From the human T2T-CHM13v2.0 reference genome, Homo sapiens, in the NCBI RefSeq assembly GCF_009914755.1, contig NC_060939.1: a stretch of DNA of 64,000 bases; one strand, given 5' to 3'. The notes beneath the pieces are model-generated. The model was not told where the DNA came from. It ran no database searches and saw nothing but the letters and a program-made list of their open reading frames with translations. This document shows positions 41,400 through 64,000 of the stretch, piece after piece. The first letter of the stretch is position 1. Every line of letters begins with the position of its first letter. The translations under genes and the position numbers were made by a program.

Positions 41400-42086
41400 C
41401 TGACCCTTGTCCTCAGATCTCTGCAGAACTTTGACCAAGCGGTGGTGGAGGAATTCCAGTGGGTCCGGGGTGGCCCTGGGTGACCCAGGGCTCATACCGG
41501 GGTTCTGGGGTTGAGGACAGGAGGCTGGAAGAGATGACCTCCCCTAGTCCCCCAAGGCTGCACAGACCCCTGAAGTCTGTGATAATCCTCTCAGCAGGCT
41601 GGACCCACTGACCGCCAGAGTGGGTGCCACCTTCTTCAGGGTGGCGCCAGCCCAGGCCGTCATGTGGCACTGTGCACGCCAGGGCCTGCACACCCTGTGG
41701 GAGGCAGCGGGCGTCTTGGTAGACACGGTCATCCTAGACCTCGGTCAGTACCTCCTTCCCTCTGCAGGCTGCCTCCCTCTGTCCCTCTGCCTCCTCCCTT
41801 GGGCTCGCTGCCTCCACATGCCCTGATCTGAAGCCTGCCTCCCCTCCTCATGGAGCCCTCTAAGGTGCTCCTAGCCCCAGCTCTCTGGTCCCGCAGCAAC
41901 TTCTGGGCCCAGATTCTGTCTTCTCAGAAGTCTGAGAGGCAGAGCCCCGCCTGGCCATAGCCTTCTTGCTCTGCTCTAGGCAGTCCTAGCCCCAAAGCCT
42001 CCAGCCTGCTGGATGCCTTTATCTCCAGCTATGCCATGGCTCTCCTCATCCTGGGCCTCCTGCTCATCACAGTTGCCCTTGTCCTG
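41400..42086 (+). pseudogene. Three-exon fragment (41400-41458, 41598-41743, 41980-42086) encoding a possible SEA-like half-domain plus a transmembrane helix
   Basis: AG/GT boundaries with chaining phases 0-2-1-0 and no stops; ends YAMALLILGLLLITVALVL. The family call is by pattern only. Confidence 0.55.
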
Positions 42087-42989
42087 GTGAGTGTCTGGCT
42101 TGGCCAGGGCTCCTTCCTGAGTGGCAGGCTGAGCCTTTGACGCCTTGAGCCTTTGAGCCAAGCTGAGGGGTGAGCAGGCCCCTTTACACCCCTGATTTCC
42201 CCATCCAAGCCCAGCGTCTCCTCATCCTCCAGCTGGGGCCGTGGGATTTGGGGCCAAAGAGTTGGGCCTGATCCCAGTGTCCCCGCCCTTCTTGTCAAGG
42301 TGCTAAACTTGAGGGCATGCCTTGGGTGCTGACTTTCCCAGGAACTCAGAGCCAGAGAGGGCCAGGCACCAGCCTGAGGCCAAACAGCCAGGGGCTTCTT
42401 CCTTCCTAGACCCCCAAGGACTGGACTTGCAGGGCTGGGACAGAGGTGGGGTGGGGGAAAGCAATGCCTTGTCAACCCATGCAGGGAGCCCCACTCCCAT
42501 CCCCAAGGTGCACAAAGTCGAGAAACACCCCTGTTCCCATGTCCATGCTCACTCAGGGCCCTGCTCCAAGTGCTTGGCACTCACACCAGCCTCCTGTCCT
42601 CCATGCCACAGGTATCGGTCTCATTTACAGAGGGGGAAATGGTGGCCAAAAGCCTCCCCCAGCACACACGGCTAGACCACACAGAGGTCTTAGGTGCAGC
42701 TGAGGGGTCCACAGTCTCTGCTGTCCCTTCTGCCACTCGTGCTGCCAGGGACCACGCTTTGGAGAGGGAGGAATGAGAGTGAGCTGGGTGCTCACACATG
42801 GGGCACGGGGGACTAAGGAAGGGTCAGCCAGGAGGAAAGGGCAAGGTCTGATCCTGTACGTACACATCACAGAGCGCGCGGGGTCAGGAGACCGAGGGCC
42901 ACGTCCCGGCTCTGCGGCTGCTCGGTATGTGACTGCGGTTAAATTGTCTCCCTGGACTCTCCACGCACTTTGTGTGCTGCGTGCACCTT

Positions 42990-46123
<3,134 letters not shown>

Positions 46124-46982
46124 CGCGCGAGGAAGCCAGGGCCCGGGAATTTCTTTTTCCGGTCCCGCCAGGTCAGCTGAGTCGACGATCACGTGACTTG
46201 GACTAACGGCCTCTGGCGGGGCGGGACCTGCTCGAGTGAGGCCGGGAGCGGACCGCAGCCCGCTGGAGGTGCCGGGGGCGAAATGCTGGCGTCTGCTCCT
46301 CCGTCTCCCAGAATCCTGCCCTGGAAAAAACCAGCGCCAACCGCCGGTTTAACTGAGGACGGATTTAAGGCATTACGAAAGACAGTGGAAGTTATTTCTT
46401 TTACTTTTATTTTCGTTAACTTAAGGGGGTAGGATCCCGGGAGCCAGGGAGATTCAGGTCATTGCCATGTTTTCCACTGTTAAGCGAATAGCATTATACA
46501 CAGCTGCGGGCTGTGGCAAAAAACATTTTAAAAACTTTTCAAATATATTACACATACAGAAAATTGTACCTATTAGAAATATAAAGCTTAATAAGTTTTC
46601 ATCAACTGTAGACCTCACATAACCAGCACCCAGATAAGGAAATAACCAGGTAACTTCTTCAAGTGCATGGGTATTTTATTTCATTTTGATGAATCGTCTA
46701 GGTGCCTAGTAAAAAGGGCTGTCATAATTAACATGCTCAGGAAAAACTCCCCACAGCTTCAACATCACTAGATCTTATCTTAATTTTTGCCAGTCTGATG
46801 GGTAAAAAAAAAATCGGTTGCTTAGATTGCAGTGGTAGTCTGATTACTGGTAGCTTTGAGCTAATGGGTAGTCTAGAACAACTAAGTTTCCGACGTTGAC
46901 TTGAAGAGGCAAAAACAAAAAGACAAAACAACAACAAAAATACATTAAAGAATAAACTAATAACCAAAGAAGAAATTGAATA

Positions 46983-47290
46983 CAGTCGTCGCTTAGTAAC
47001 CTCAAGATACTGGTTCCAGGACCCCAGAGATACCAAAATTCACAGATGCTCAAGTTCCTGATATAATGTGGCATAGTATTTGCATATAACCTATGCACAT
47101 CCTTCCGTATACTTTAAATCATCTCTAGATTGCTATAATACCTAATACAACATAAATGCTTTGTAAATAGCTGATATAAAGTATTTTTAAATTTTTGTGT
47201 TTTTTTATTGTTTTACTTTTTCCAAATATTTTTGATGCACAGTTGGTTAAATCCAAGGACCCAGAACCCGAGGATACAGAAGGCTGACCA
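46983..47290. mobile_element. MER2-like Tigger DNA transposon
   Basis: Core GATACCAAAATTCACAGATGCTCAAGTTCC...ATACTTTAAATCATCTCTAGATT. Confidence 0.75.
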
Positions 47291-47564
47291 TAGTTTGAGC
47301 TCTCTCCTCAATTCCATGCCTATCCCATGCACCAGGTGCAGCTGGTTTTATTGTTGCAGGCTTTCAAGTTTTCAAAAGACAGACCTCATGACAAGTAAAC
47401 TGCTCTATAGAATAGAAATAGAAAGTGTCCCAATTCATGGTAAAATTGAACTCATTTCTGAAGAGTTATTTTACAAATCATAAGCACTATCCTCTTGAAA
47501 GCAACAGTGTGTTAAGTTACTAGACTATCCTATACCATGTCAAAGAAAAATTTTAAGAACATAA

Positions 47565-48139
47565 GACCTGTAATCATAGCACTTTGGGAGGCCAAGGCCA
47601 GTGGATCGCTTGAGCCCAGGAGTTCTAGACCAGCTTGGGCAACATAGGGAGACCCCAGTCTCTACAAAAAATTAGCTGCTTGTGCTGGTGCACACGTGTC
47701 ATCCCATCTACCTAAGAGGCTGAGATGGGAGGATCTCTTGAGCATGGGAGGTGGAGGCTGCAGTGAGCCATGATGGCGCCACTGTACTCCATCCAGCCTG
47801 AGCAACAGAATGAGACCATCTCAAAACAAAAAAAGGAAAAGAAAAAAAGCTGGGTGCGGTGGCTCATGCCTGTAATCCTAGCACTTTGGGAGGCCGAGGC
47901 AGGCAGATCACCTGAGGTCAGGAGTTGGAGACCAGTGTGGCCAACATGGCAAAACCCGTCTCTACTGTAAATAAATAAATACAAATTAGCTGGGCATGGT
48001 GCTGGGTGCCTGTAATCCCAGCCTCAGGAGACTGAGTCACAAGAATCGCTTGAACCCGGGAGGTGGGGGTTGCAGTGAGCCGAGATTGCACCACTGCATT
48101 TCAGTCAACTTGAGCAACAAGGTGAGAAAAAAAAAAAAA
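47565..48139 (+). mobile_element. Two tandem Alus
   Basis: Consecutive Alu bodies with A tails. Confidence 0.9.
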
Positions 48140-48421
48140 GATGTAGGAATGGTTCAACTTTTATTTCATGCTGTCAGTAGGTTAAAGAAGAGAAAAATGG
48201 ATAGTTTTGGGACCATTTTTTATTTAAAAAGAAAATTAGGAACAGATGAAAACTGTCTTATCTTAAGAGTATTTGAAAAACAAAACAGCAAATTTAACAT
48301 TAGACAGACAAAATATTTAAATTCAGAAATAAAGTTAAAAGGTGGGTGGTGCGCCCTTTTAATGTCATACTGAGCATTGTTTCATAGATACTTGTTTTAC
48401 TATTAAAGATTGACTATTTAG

Positions 48422-48601
48422 AGCAGTGTTTCTCAAACATTAGAGTGCATCCTAATCACTTGCAAGGCTTGTGAAATGGGCTGCTGGGCCCCACACCAGA
48501 GTTTCTAACTCAATAGGACTGAGGTGGGGCCTGAGCATTGCATGTCTGTGTTCCCAGGTGACACTGGTGCTTCCAATTTGAGACCATGGTTTGAAAACCA
48601 C
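48422..48601. mobile_element. MER5A-like element
   Basis: Termini CAGTGTTTCTCAAAC and TTTGAAAACCACT. Confidence 0.7.
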
Positions 48602-48730
48602 TAATGTAGGGAAATATACTAGAGAATATGTTATGAATATATGTGAGAATATGTATATATGTTAACGTACAGATTTCAGTACAGTAGAAAAGATAACTCC
48701 CAAAGATGACAGTTTTATTTCCCAATAGGA

Positions 48731-49119
<389 letters not shown>

Positions 49120-49235
49120 TGAACTAGCTTCACCGTGTTGCTGACTCCCTTGTAAATTAAAGAAAATATCTTATACGTATTCCTTCATTATTTGTATGAA
49201 AGTCAAGCTTTTCATATTGTGAAAATTATACTTCA

Positions 49236-49553
49236 GGCTGGGTGCAGTGGCTGATGCCTATAATCCCAGGACTTCTGGAGGCTGAAGTGGCTGGATCACT
49301 CGAGGCCAGGAGTTTGACACCAGCCTAGCCAACATGTCGAACCCCATGTGTACTAAAAACAAAATCAAAATTAGCTGGGCATTGGTGGCACACACCTGTA
49401 GTTCCAGCTGCTCGGGAGGCTGAGGCACAAGAATTGCTTGAACCCAGGAGGCTGAGGCTGCAGTGAGCCAAGGTTGCCATGAGCTGATATTGTGCCACTG
49501 CACTCCAGCCAGAGCCAGAGTGAGACTCTGTCCCAAAGAAAAAAAAGAAAGAA
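49236..49553 (+). mobile_element. Alu
   Basis: Full-length Alu with a small internal duplication in the right arm. Confidence 0.9.
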
Positions 49554-49590
49554 AATTATACTTTGATACAGTATGCTAATATAAAGGATA

Positions 49591-49948
49591 TGATATGGCT
49601 TGGTTCTGTGTCCCCATCCAAATCTCACCTTGAATTGCAATAATCCCCACATGTCAAGGGTGGGACCAGGTGGAGATAATTGAATCATGGGGGTGGTTTC
49701 TCCCATGCTGTTCTCATGATAGTAAGTGAGTTCTCACCAGATCTGATGATTTTATTACAGGCTTTCCCCTTTGCTCGGCTCTCCTTCTCTCTCCTGCTGC
49801 CCTGTGAAGAGGTGTCTTCTGCCATAATTGTAAGTTTCCTGAGGCCTCCCCGGCCATGCAGAACTGTGAGTCAATTTAAACCTCTTTTCTTTATAAATTA
49901 CCCAGTCTTGGGTATTTCTTCATAGCAGCATGAGAATGGACTAATACA
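49591..49948 (+). mobile_element. THE1-family MaLR solo LTR
   Basis: TGATATGGCTTGGTTCTGTGTCCCC...ATAAATTACCCAGTCT...GGACTAATACA, about 358 bp. Confidence 0.88.
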
Positions 49949-50081
49949 GTGTACTAATAACAGCCCAGACAGTAGTATACAGGTACTACTATACTTTGAT
50001 GCTAGAGGTATTCCCATTAAGGTCAGGAGCAGTATGTGCTATCATTACCATGATCTAACATTGTTCCAGAGGGTTTTAGGT

Positions 50082-50289
50082 CAGCAGTTCTCAACTGGAG
50101 GTGATTTTGCCGCCCTGGGGATATTTGACAATATCTGAAATCACTTTGGCTGTCACACTGAGGAGTGCTGCTGGCATGTGGCAGGCGGAGGCTGGGGATG
50201 CTGCTAAACATCCTGCGAGGCGCAAACAGCTCCAGAACAGAGAACTGTCCAGCCCTAAACATCAACAGTGCTGCTGTGGAGAAAGCCTG
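50082..50289. mobile_element. MER20-like hAT element
   Basis: CAGCAGTTCTCAAC...GGGATGCTGCTAAACATCCTGC...GAGAAAGCCTG. Confidence 0.8.
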
Positions 50290-50369
50290 GTCTAGACAAA
50301 TAAAACATGGGAAATCCATTAACATAAATGTGGGTGGATAATAAACTGGTATTTGCCAATGGCAGTCTA

Positions 50370-50799
<430 letters not shown>

Positions 50800-51960
50800 C
50801 TTACAAAATAAAAATTAAAAAAAGAAGTTACAGGATGTTATGTGGCCCGTTGAAAGATGTTGGAAAACAGTTGCGCATGTGACCCCGCTATAACCAGTTA
50901 TAAAAGTATCAGGATTAAGAAATGTACTGCATCTGGCTTTCCCAAGTTTAGGATCCTGCTGAAAGAATGAGATGGATCTTTTCTTCCTCCGCTCCTCACC
51001 TCCCTGCAAGAACCAGGACTGTGCATTTTGACGGGCAGGCTCTTACCCCTGGCAGGCCACAGGGGGCATGCAAAGCATTTCCGTGTGTGTTTTCTGAGTA
51101 CTCGGATAAAGACCCCTGTCCAGGCCTTTGTTTAGGATATTTGGCCCATGGAGGAATGAGGGTGGAATCACCTGGGAGGGGCAGAGGCTTCGAATGGAAG
51201 GAGGAGTGACCTGAGCTCCAGGTTCTGGGCCTACACTTTGTTCCCATGCAGCACCCCATTAGTGGTGACTGGGGCCTGGAAGTCAGGGACCTTGGTGGCC
51301 AAGTGTTAGGTGGACAGGAGGAGCTGAGGGAGGTGAGGGGCATCTCTCCAGGACCGCCCCCCGCCCCGTCCCCAAATCAATGCCCTCTGATGGCTCAGAC
51401 ATAGCCCCGGCCAGCAGCAGTGTGGGTCAGGAAGGGCGAATGCAGTCAGCACGGATCTGCTCCATAGTCTCCACCTCACTTCATCTCAGTTTGGAAGGTG
51501 TGAGTCCCCGCAGCACTGATAGGATATCCTGTCAGCTGAGAACATTCAGCTTGATTTAGAAAGATAAGGTGGGACATCTCTTGGGCATGGCATGTGGAGC
51601 AGTGCCATCCCTCTGTGGCAGCGAGCCAAGCAATAAACCAGAATGTGCAAAGCCTGCGTCCCAGAATCACCATTCCTGGAGGAAAAGCCTATATTGTCAA
51701 GATGCCCACTCCTCAGTTAACCCAAACATTCCACCCAGCCTCGAAAACCAGTAGAACTTTGACATTAATATACTAACCCTCAAGTCTATACAGAAATGTG
51801 TAAGAATAGCCACATACTGTAATGTGCGGTCATTGAGAGAGAGGAGGCCGTCAGAACAAATGGAACCAAGTCTAGAAACATGTCTGTCTAGGCGCAAGAT
51901 TCCAGCATGTGTGTCAGCCAGGGAAGCAGACCAGGAGGAGATATTTATTAAGATTTAAAA

Positions 51961-52177
<217 letters not shown>

Positions 52178-55100
52178 TCAGGACCAGGGGGCCCAGCCCT
52201 AGCTCAGCTTCTACCACCTGAGTGGCACCTGGAGGTGGTCACAGTGTCCTCAGTCCAGTCTCTGTTGGGTTTCAGATCCCCTGATCATCATGCCTTTTTT
52301 GCCCAAGCTCTGCCTCATTATGGCCTTCAATGACCGCAGCCTCTTCCACCTCCCCAAAGGGACCCCTGCTCATGCTCTCCAGCCCACAGGAGTGCCTGCT
52401 TCTCCAGGAAGCCCATCCTGTTGGCTCTGGGCTCTATGTAGGAGAGCTGGGCAGGCTGGATCCCACCACTGAGTTCAGTCTTGGGGGTCTCCACCCATGC
52501 TAGGCTTCCACTGATGGGATATAAGTGGCCAGGGGGGTTCTTTACGTCCACACAAGAGCCCCATGGTGACCATGAATGGGGTTCTGAGAGGTTAAATGAC
52601 TTGCCCAGGGCCCCAGAGCTGGCTAGAATTCCTGCACTGCCATATCCAAGGCCACGTTTGGGCCTCCCACCTGGGGGCCCGGACACCCCTCTGCATCTAC
52701 TAGGCTGGGAAACACATGTCTGCTGCAGCTTCCTCCCAGTGACTTACAGCAGCTGCAGATTTCTGGGGGGACTTCTACGGGGCCCACCACAGCAGAGAGC
52801 CGAGAATTCTTACAGAGCCCTTCATTCTCTCTCCGCCCCCTTCAGCTCCGAACTCGTACTAGTTGCTCTGATATAAGAACAGACCTTGGTGAGGGTGTTG
52901 GGGCTCTGGTCAGTAGCCCAGGCCTTCAGGAATCAGGTGATGTCAATCTGGAGAGGAGGTGCCTGCTGGAGGGACTGGGGGGAGCAAGCATGGCCCAGGG
53001 CCCTGGCCTCCTGCAGGGGCAGCCCCTCTTCCTTCCCAGGGTCCCCTGAGAATCCAAAGGCATCCAGGGTAAAGTGCACTGTTCAGCTGTGTCCTGGGGT
53101 CCAGGAAAGCCAAGGAGAAGTTGCTCCACCTGCTGTCCACCAGGCATCCCGGCAAAGAACAGTCTCAGCCCACCCCAGCCCAACACCAGATCCCAGGAAC
53201 TGATCCACCTGTAAGAGGGCAGCATAAGACTGCCCCATTGTCCCCAGAGAGTCCCCTCAGTCATGGGCTGTGACCAGGGTGCAGGTGGGCCCAGCAGGCT
53301 GGCCCAGTGTGGGTATGGCTGTCCATTGGTCCTCTGAAGAGCCTCAGGGGCTTGTGGCAGATGATGTGTGTCTGGGCTTGGAAATAGAGGATGTCCCCCA
53401 GCCAGAGGGCAGGGGACACTTGTTTTGCATTCCAGTCCTCTGCAAGGACAGGGACCCCAGGCTCTGGGCACTCCAGCTCTGCCTGCCCTACCCACAGCTT
53501 ACCACCATTTGGCCCAGGCAAATCGTCCTGGCTCCCACAGAGGGAGCCACCCTTCCCACCTCCTGATGTTTGCCCGCACCAGTCAAGTTCCATTCTGGAA
53601 AAACCCTCCACGTCCTTGGGAAGGCACCTCCTCCTTGACCTTTTCAGAGCTATCGTCCCCACTTTCATTTTCTACCTATCATTCGATGCAGAGACCAGCT
53701 TCTTCCCTGGGCCAGGGCTGCTCTGGAGGCAGGGAGGTCGTGGCCAGGCCATGGGGTGTAGCAGAGCACTGGGTATGGATCAGGCTCTCCAGGTACACCT
53801 GGGCAGAGAAGTCAGAGACCCACAGGTGAATGCCCCTCCTTCCGGCCCCACCCACCTCACAGGCAGAGGGAGGCTTCACAAGGAGGTTGAGGTAAACAGG
53901 AGAGCCCGGGTCACCTCTGTCTGATCTCCTGCCCTCTTAGGAGAAAGCCAGAGGTTGGAGCTGGGAGGTGTCGACAGCCCTGGCCCAGTCCAGGTTTCAC
54001 TGATGAGGCTCAGGGAGGGGCGGGGTCAGCCCAAGTCACTGAGTCCATAAGGGAGGGTTCTGACCATAACCCAGGACGCTAGAGTTAACTGAGGCTGCAT
54101 CCCTTTCCCACCCAGACCAAGGTAGGGCTTCTGGCTTCTAAGGCTGAGGCCCAGCACACCTCTCCCTCCCCTTGCCTGCAGCTGTTGTCACACATCAAAA
54201 GTGAGCTTTTCCCCAAGGGGCTGGAGGCACAGCTCCTTGGACTGGACCAGGTGGCCAATCCAAACAAGTCCCTGTGTGTCCCCACCAGCCAGGAATTCTC
54301 ACGCCGCACAGCAGCTGGGGGCACCAGGATACCCTGGGGGATTCCAGGGATGAGCCCTCCCTGAGGCTTCCACAGCAGCACTGCCGCCCCCAGACCCCCC
54401 AAAGCCCCATGTCCACGCAGCCCTCAAGAATCTGGCCCCTCACACACACCTGCCCCACTCCTCCCACCTGGCTTTCCTGTGAAAAGTGAAACTGGTTCCA
54501 CCTGGGCCAGCTGGAGAAGGGCCTCTGGAAATCACCATTTTGGGGATTCATTCCAATCATCCATTCATTTATTCACCAAATACCCACTGTCCACCTTTCT
54601 GTACCAGGCCAGGGGTAATGGGTCAAGCGGAACACATGTCCCAAGGAGTTTTCCTCTCTTTAGAGACAGACAGGTGGACTCTCAGACTATGAGGTGCCCT
54701 CTGGGCTAGGGGGTGCCCAGGGCTGGATGCAATGTAGGGCCTCGCCCACAGGAGGTGCTGGTGGGTACGGACGTGGAGGCCACCACAGGGTGAGGGTATC
54801 CAGACAGAGGACCTAGCATGTGCCCAGGCCCAGGGTGTGACCTGGGGCAGGTGCGGGGCTGCTCTATCTGGAAGGCTTCCTGACTCTGCCAACAATAGGC
54901 CGTGGCTGGATCAGGCTTCATGTCAATTTTTAACATTTAATACCTTTTGATTATGTAACTAAACATTATTGTGTTAAAAATTAAGAAATATAGAAAAGTT
55001 AAAAACACAAAAGACCAGCAAACACCTTCTCTCCCTAAGTAACTGCTTCAACAGTATTTTCTGACTTTTTTTCTCATGTATCTGCAGCTATAAACATAAG

Positions 55101-55509
55101 TTGCACAAGATAGTATCCTTCCCCATATTCTGTTTTGGAGCTGGATTTTTCACTCAGCAGTGAATAGAGGCAGGCTTTAAACAGGCCACGCATTGTGAGG
55201 GCCCTGGGAAAGGAGACTGACCATGTTGCTGGGTGACCTTGGGCAAGTCTCTCCCTCCTCAGAGCCTGGATTTCCTCAGTCCGGTGAAGGGCAGGAAGGG
55301 CTGCAGTAGGACTACATCAGCGCTTCCCAAACTCAGAACCGCCACGTGGAGCTGTGTGAGCTGTCACTGCACAACCCCAGGGGCAGGAGCATTCTTGTCA
55401 CAGCCTCTGTGAGTGGGGCTCCTGCCCAAAAGTGTGCTGTGCCAACCTGGGGCCCACAGGAGGATTTTAGGCGATACGGGGATGAATTGATTTTTACCAT
55501 TTCCTTCTA

Positions 55510-55972
55510 TCTGTAGTGAATGAGACCGATTCTCACCGGGAGGGCTTGTTAAACCACAGGTCGCTGAACCCACGCCTCAGAGGTTCTGATTCAGGAGGTC
55601 TGGGGTGGCGCCTGAGAATCTGCATTTCTAACAAGTTCTCAGGTCATGGGGATGCTGATGCTGTTGGCCCAGGGACCACACTTTGAGAACCACTAATCAC
55701 AAATTTCCTTTTATTCATTTATTTATTTAACGCAGGGTTTTGCTCTGTCTCCCAGGCTGGAGTATAATGGTGCAGTCACAGCTCACGGCAGCCTCAAACT
55801 CCCAGGCTTAAGCAATCCTCCTGCCTCACTTCCCAAGTAGCTGAAACCATAGACGCATGCCACCACGCCCGGATGTTTTTTTATTTTTTGTGGCGACAGA
55901 GTTTCACCATGTTGCTCAGGCTGGTCTTGAACTCCTTGGCTCGAGCAATTCACCTGCCTTGGCCTCCTAAAA
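55510..55972. mobile_element. MER5A-like element (~55510-55695) followed by an antisense Alu (~55708-55972)
   Basis: GAGAATCTGCATTTCTAACAAG...CACACTTTGAGAACCACT, then antisense Alu. Confidence 0.8.
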
Positions 55973-56044
55973 GTTTCCTTTTTAAATACATGTATTTAGG
56001 TTTTAAAAATGAGTTGACTTAAAGCACAAGAATAGATCTTCAAC

Positions 56045-58000
<1,956 letters not shown>

Positions 58001-58200
58001 AAATTTTTAAAGTTGCTTTAGGCAAAAATATTAAATAAAAATAATATTGATTGTATGCAGGTCTGGAAAAACCTTTGACACATTGGATGACTGGCATCTA
58101 TAACCCATTCAATGCACAATTGCCCCTGGCCAGGCCGTGTCCTAGGCTAGGTCACCTGCTGGAAGATAGGACTCTGGACTATGTCCTGCTTGGCTTTAGA

Positions 58201-58320
58201 GTAGAGATGCCAGATAAAATATAGGAAGCCCAGTTAAATTTAGATTTCTGATAACAAATAATTATTTAGTAAGTATGTACCATGCATATTTAGGACATAC
58301 TTATACTAAAAATCATTTCT
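58201..58320. mobile_element. MER33-like fragment
   Basis: TGCCAGATAAAATATAGGAAGCCCAGTTAAATTT...GACATACTTATACTAAAA. Confidence 0.6.
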
Positions 58321-58444
58321 CTAAATTCTCTTTTAACCATCTTCACCAAGGGTTGATATTTCTCTAAATTCTTTAACGTATGTATGTAGTTACTTTAAAG
58401 CTCTTGCCTGCTAATTCCAATGTGTGAGCCATTTATGGGTCTGC

Positions 58445-59365
<921 letters not shown>

Positions 59366-59369
59366 GCAT

Positions 59370-62660
<3,291 letters not shown>

Positions 62661-63326
62661 GAAATGTAAGAATACCATCATTATAAGGTGGCAGTCACAG
62701 TTGAGGGAGGTGATAAATCTCTGTGATTCCACCTGGAATACTGCATTGCTCCTGGAAGTGGGAAGAGGGAGTTTCAGAGACTTCCCCTGGGCTCTTCCTA
62801 CTATAGTGGCTCATACCCACAGGTCAGGGAGTAAAGTGAGAGCTCTGTTAGCTTCTAAGCATACTCATATCAATTGCATATTTAGGGACAGAGAAATGAC
62901 AACCAGATGGGGCTGCAGCCTCTTCATCCAGGGATCCATTTATTACCTAGCCTTCACATGTCCTCAGTCTTACTGGGGAGGGGACATGGTGGCATTGTGG
63001 ATCTTATGGTGGCACGGTCAGCTCTAATCCTATATGAATGACCCTCAAACAGTCTGGGTATTCCCTTTTCATCAGCTACAGTTACTTTCATCAATGACCC
63101 CAGATCCCTTTGGAGAAGGACTGAGGTAATAATTAATGAATATCATGGGGTAATGTTGCAGGATCTTTTTCTAAGAATACCCAGCCTCCCCTACAATCCA
63201 TGAGCTATAGGTCTCAATTGTCTCAGTCTGAAAACTGGGTAGGAAATTGCAATTTTTTGTTGCAACCTTCTGTGGCCAGATCTTGTTGATGTTGTTTCCT
63301 GAATACACAAATCAGGAAATATCTTA

Positions 63327-63620
<294 letters not shown>

Positions 63621-63948
63621 ACCACCCTAGTCAACTGCCTATGTAACTCTCCCCTGGAATGCCATCAGTTTGTAGCTAACACAACAGCTCCCTGGAGGTC
63701 AGGGCATCCTGGCTATCACTCTAGCCTTCCTACCAATTAAGTTAATTACATCCACCTTGTGGATGATGGTGAAGGGCCACCACCTGGCATCCACTGTTCT
63801 CACCTTCCACCATTCCCACTGACACCACGAAGCCTGGTCTCATGGCAGCATCTCCTCTTATCGATCCCGGCCTACCAAGGATAGTGCCACTGAGTCTCTC
63901 AAACATTCAGGTGCCCTTCTCGCTAGTGTCTGCTGGCATATAATGAAC

Positions 63949-64000
63949 TGTTGGGGGAAATTCAGCCAGATATCAGGCAAAATTCACCCCCGATATTTCA
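63949..64000 (+). mobile_element. Start of an ERV LTR, probably LTR3 family (HERV-K HML-6), cut by the window edge
   Basis: TGTTGGGGGAAATTCAGCC...CCCCCGATATTTCA resembles recalled LTR3 5' ends; only 52 bp visible. Confidence 0.45.

Overview
Human/great-ape genomic DNA from a chromosome 15q24-type GOLGA6 low-copy repeat; it is not prokaryotic, and most ORF-track entries are Alu- or GC-rich noise. The left 36.6 kb is a direct tandem duplication with a unit of about 24.3 kb (1-12295 matches 24281-36585; junction at 12295/12296). It holds one complete minus-strand GOLGA6 gene, whose 18 coding exons I traced through GT-AG sites to an intact 693-aa golgin ORF, and exons 1-3 of a second copy. The gene carries dead GOLGA2-type exons, an intronic 7SL pseudogene and a premature stop that removes the GM130-like C-terminal tail. 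Its 3' UTR contains a ~3.5-kb insertion with a 117-bp-arm hairpin. Upstream on the same strand is a 3'-truncated COMMD4 duplicate with a CpG-island promoter and an uninterrupted reading frame. Between them lie exon-like remnants of a possible SEA-domain/transmembrane gene on both strands. Splice phases allow an in-frame COMMD4-TM-GOLGA6 read-through product, which is a hypothesis only. The right ~17 kb is mostly Alu, L1, LTR and DNA-transposon sequence. The GOLGA6 paralog (A/B/C/D) and locus cannot be fixed from sequence alone. GOLGA2, COMMD4 and repeat identifications rest on recalled reference sequences, and repeat boundaries are approximate.
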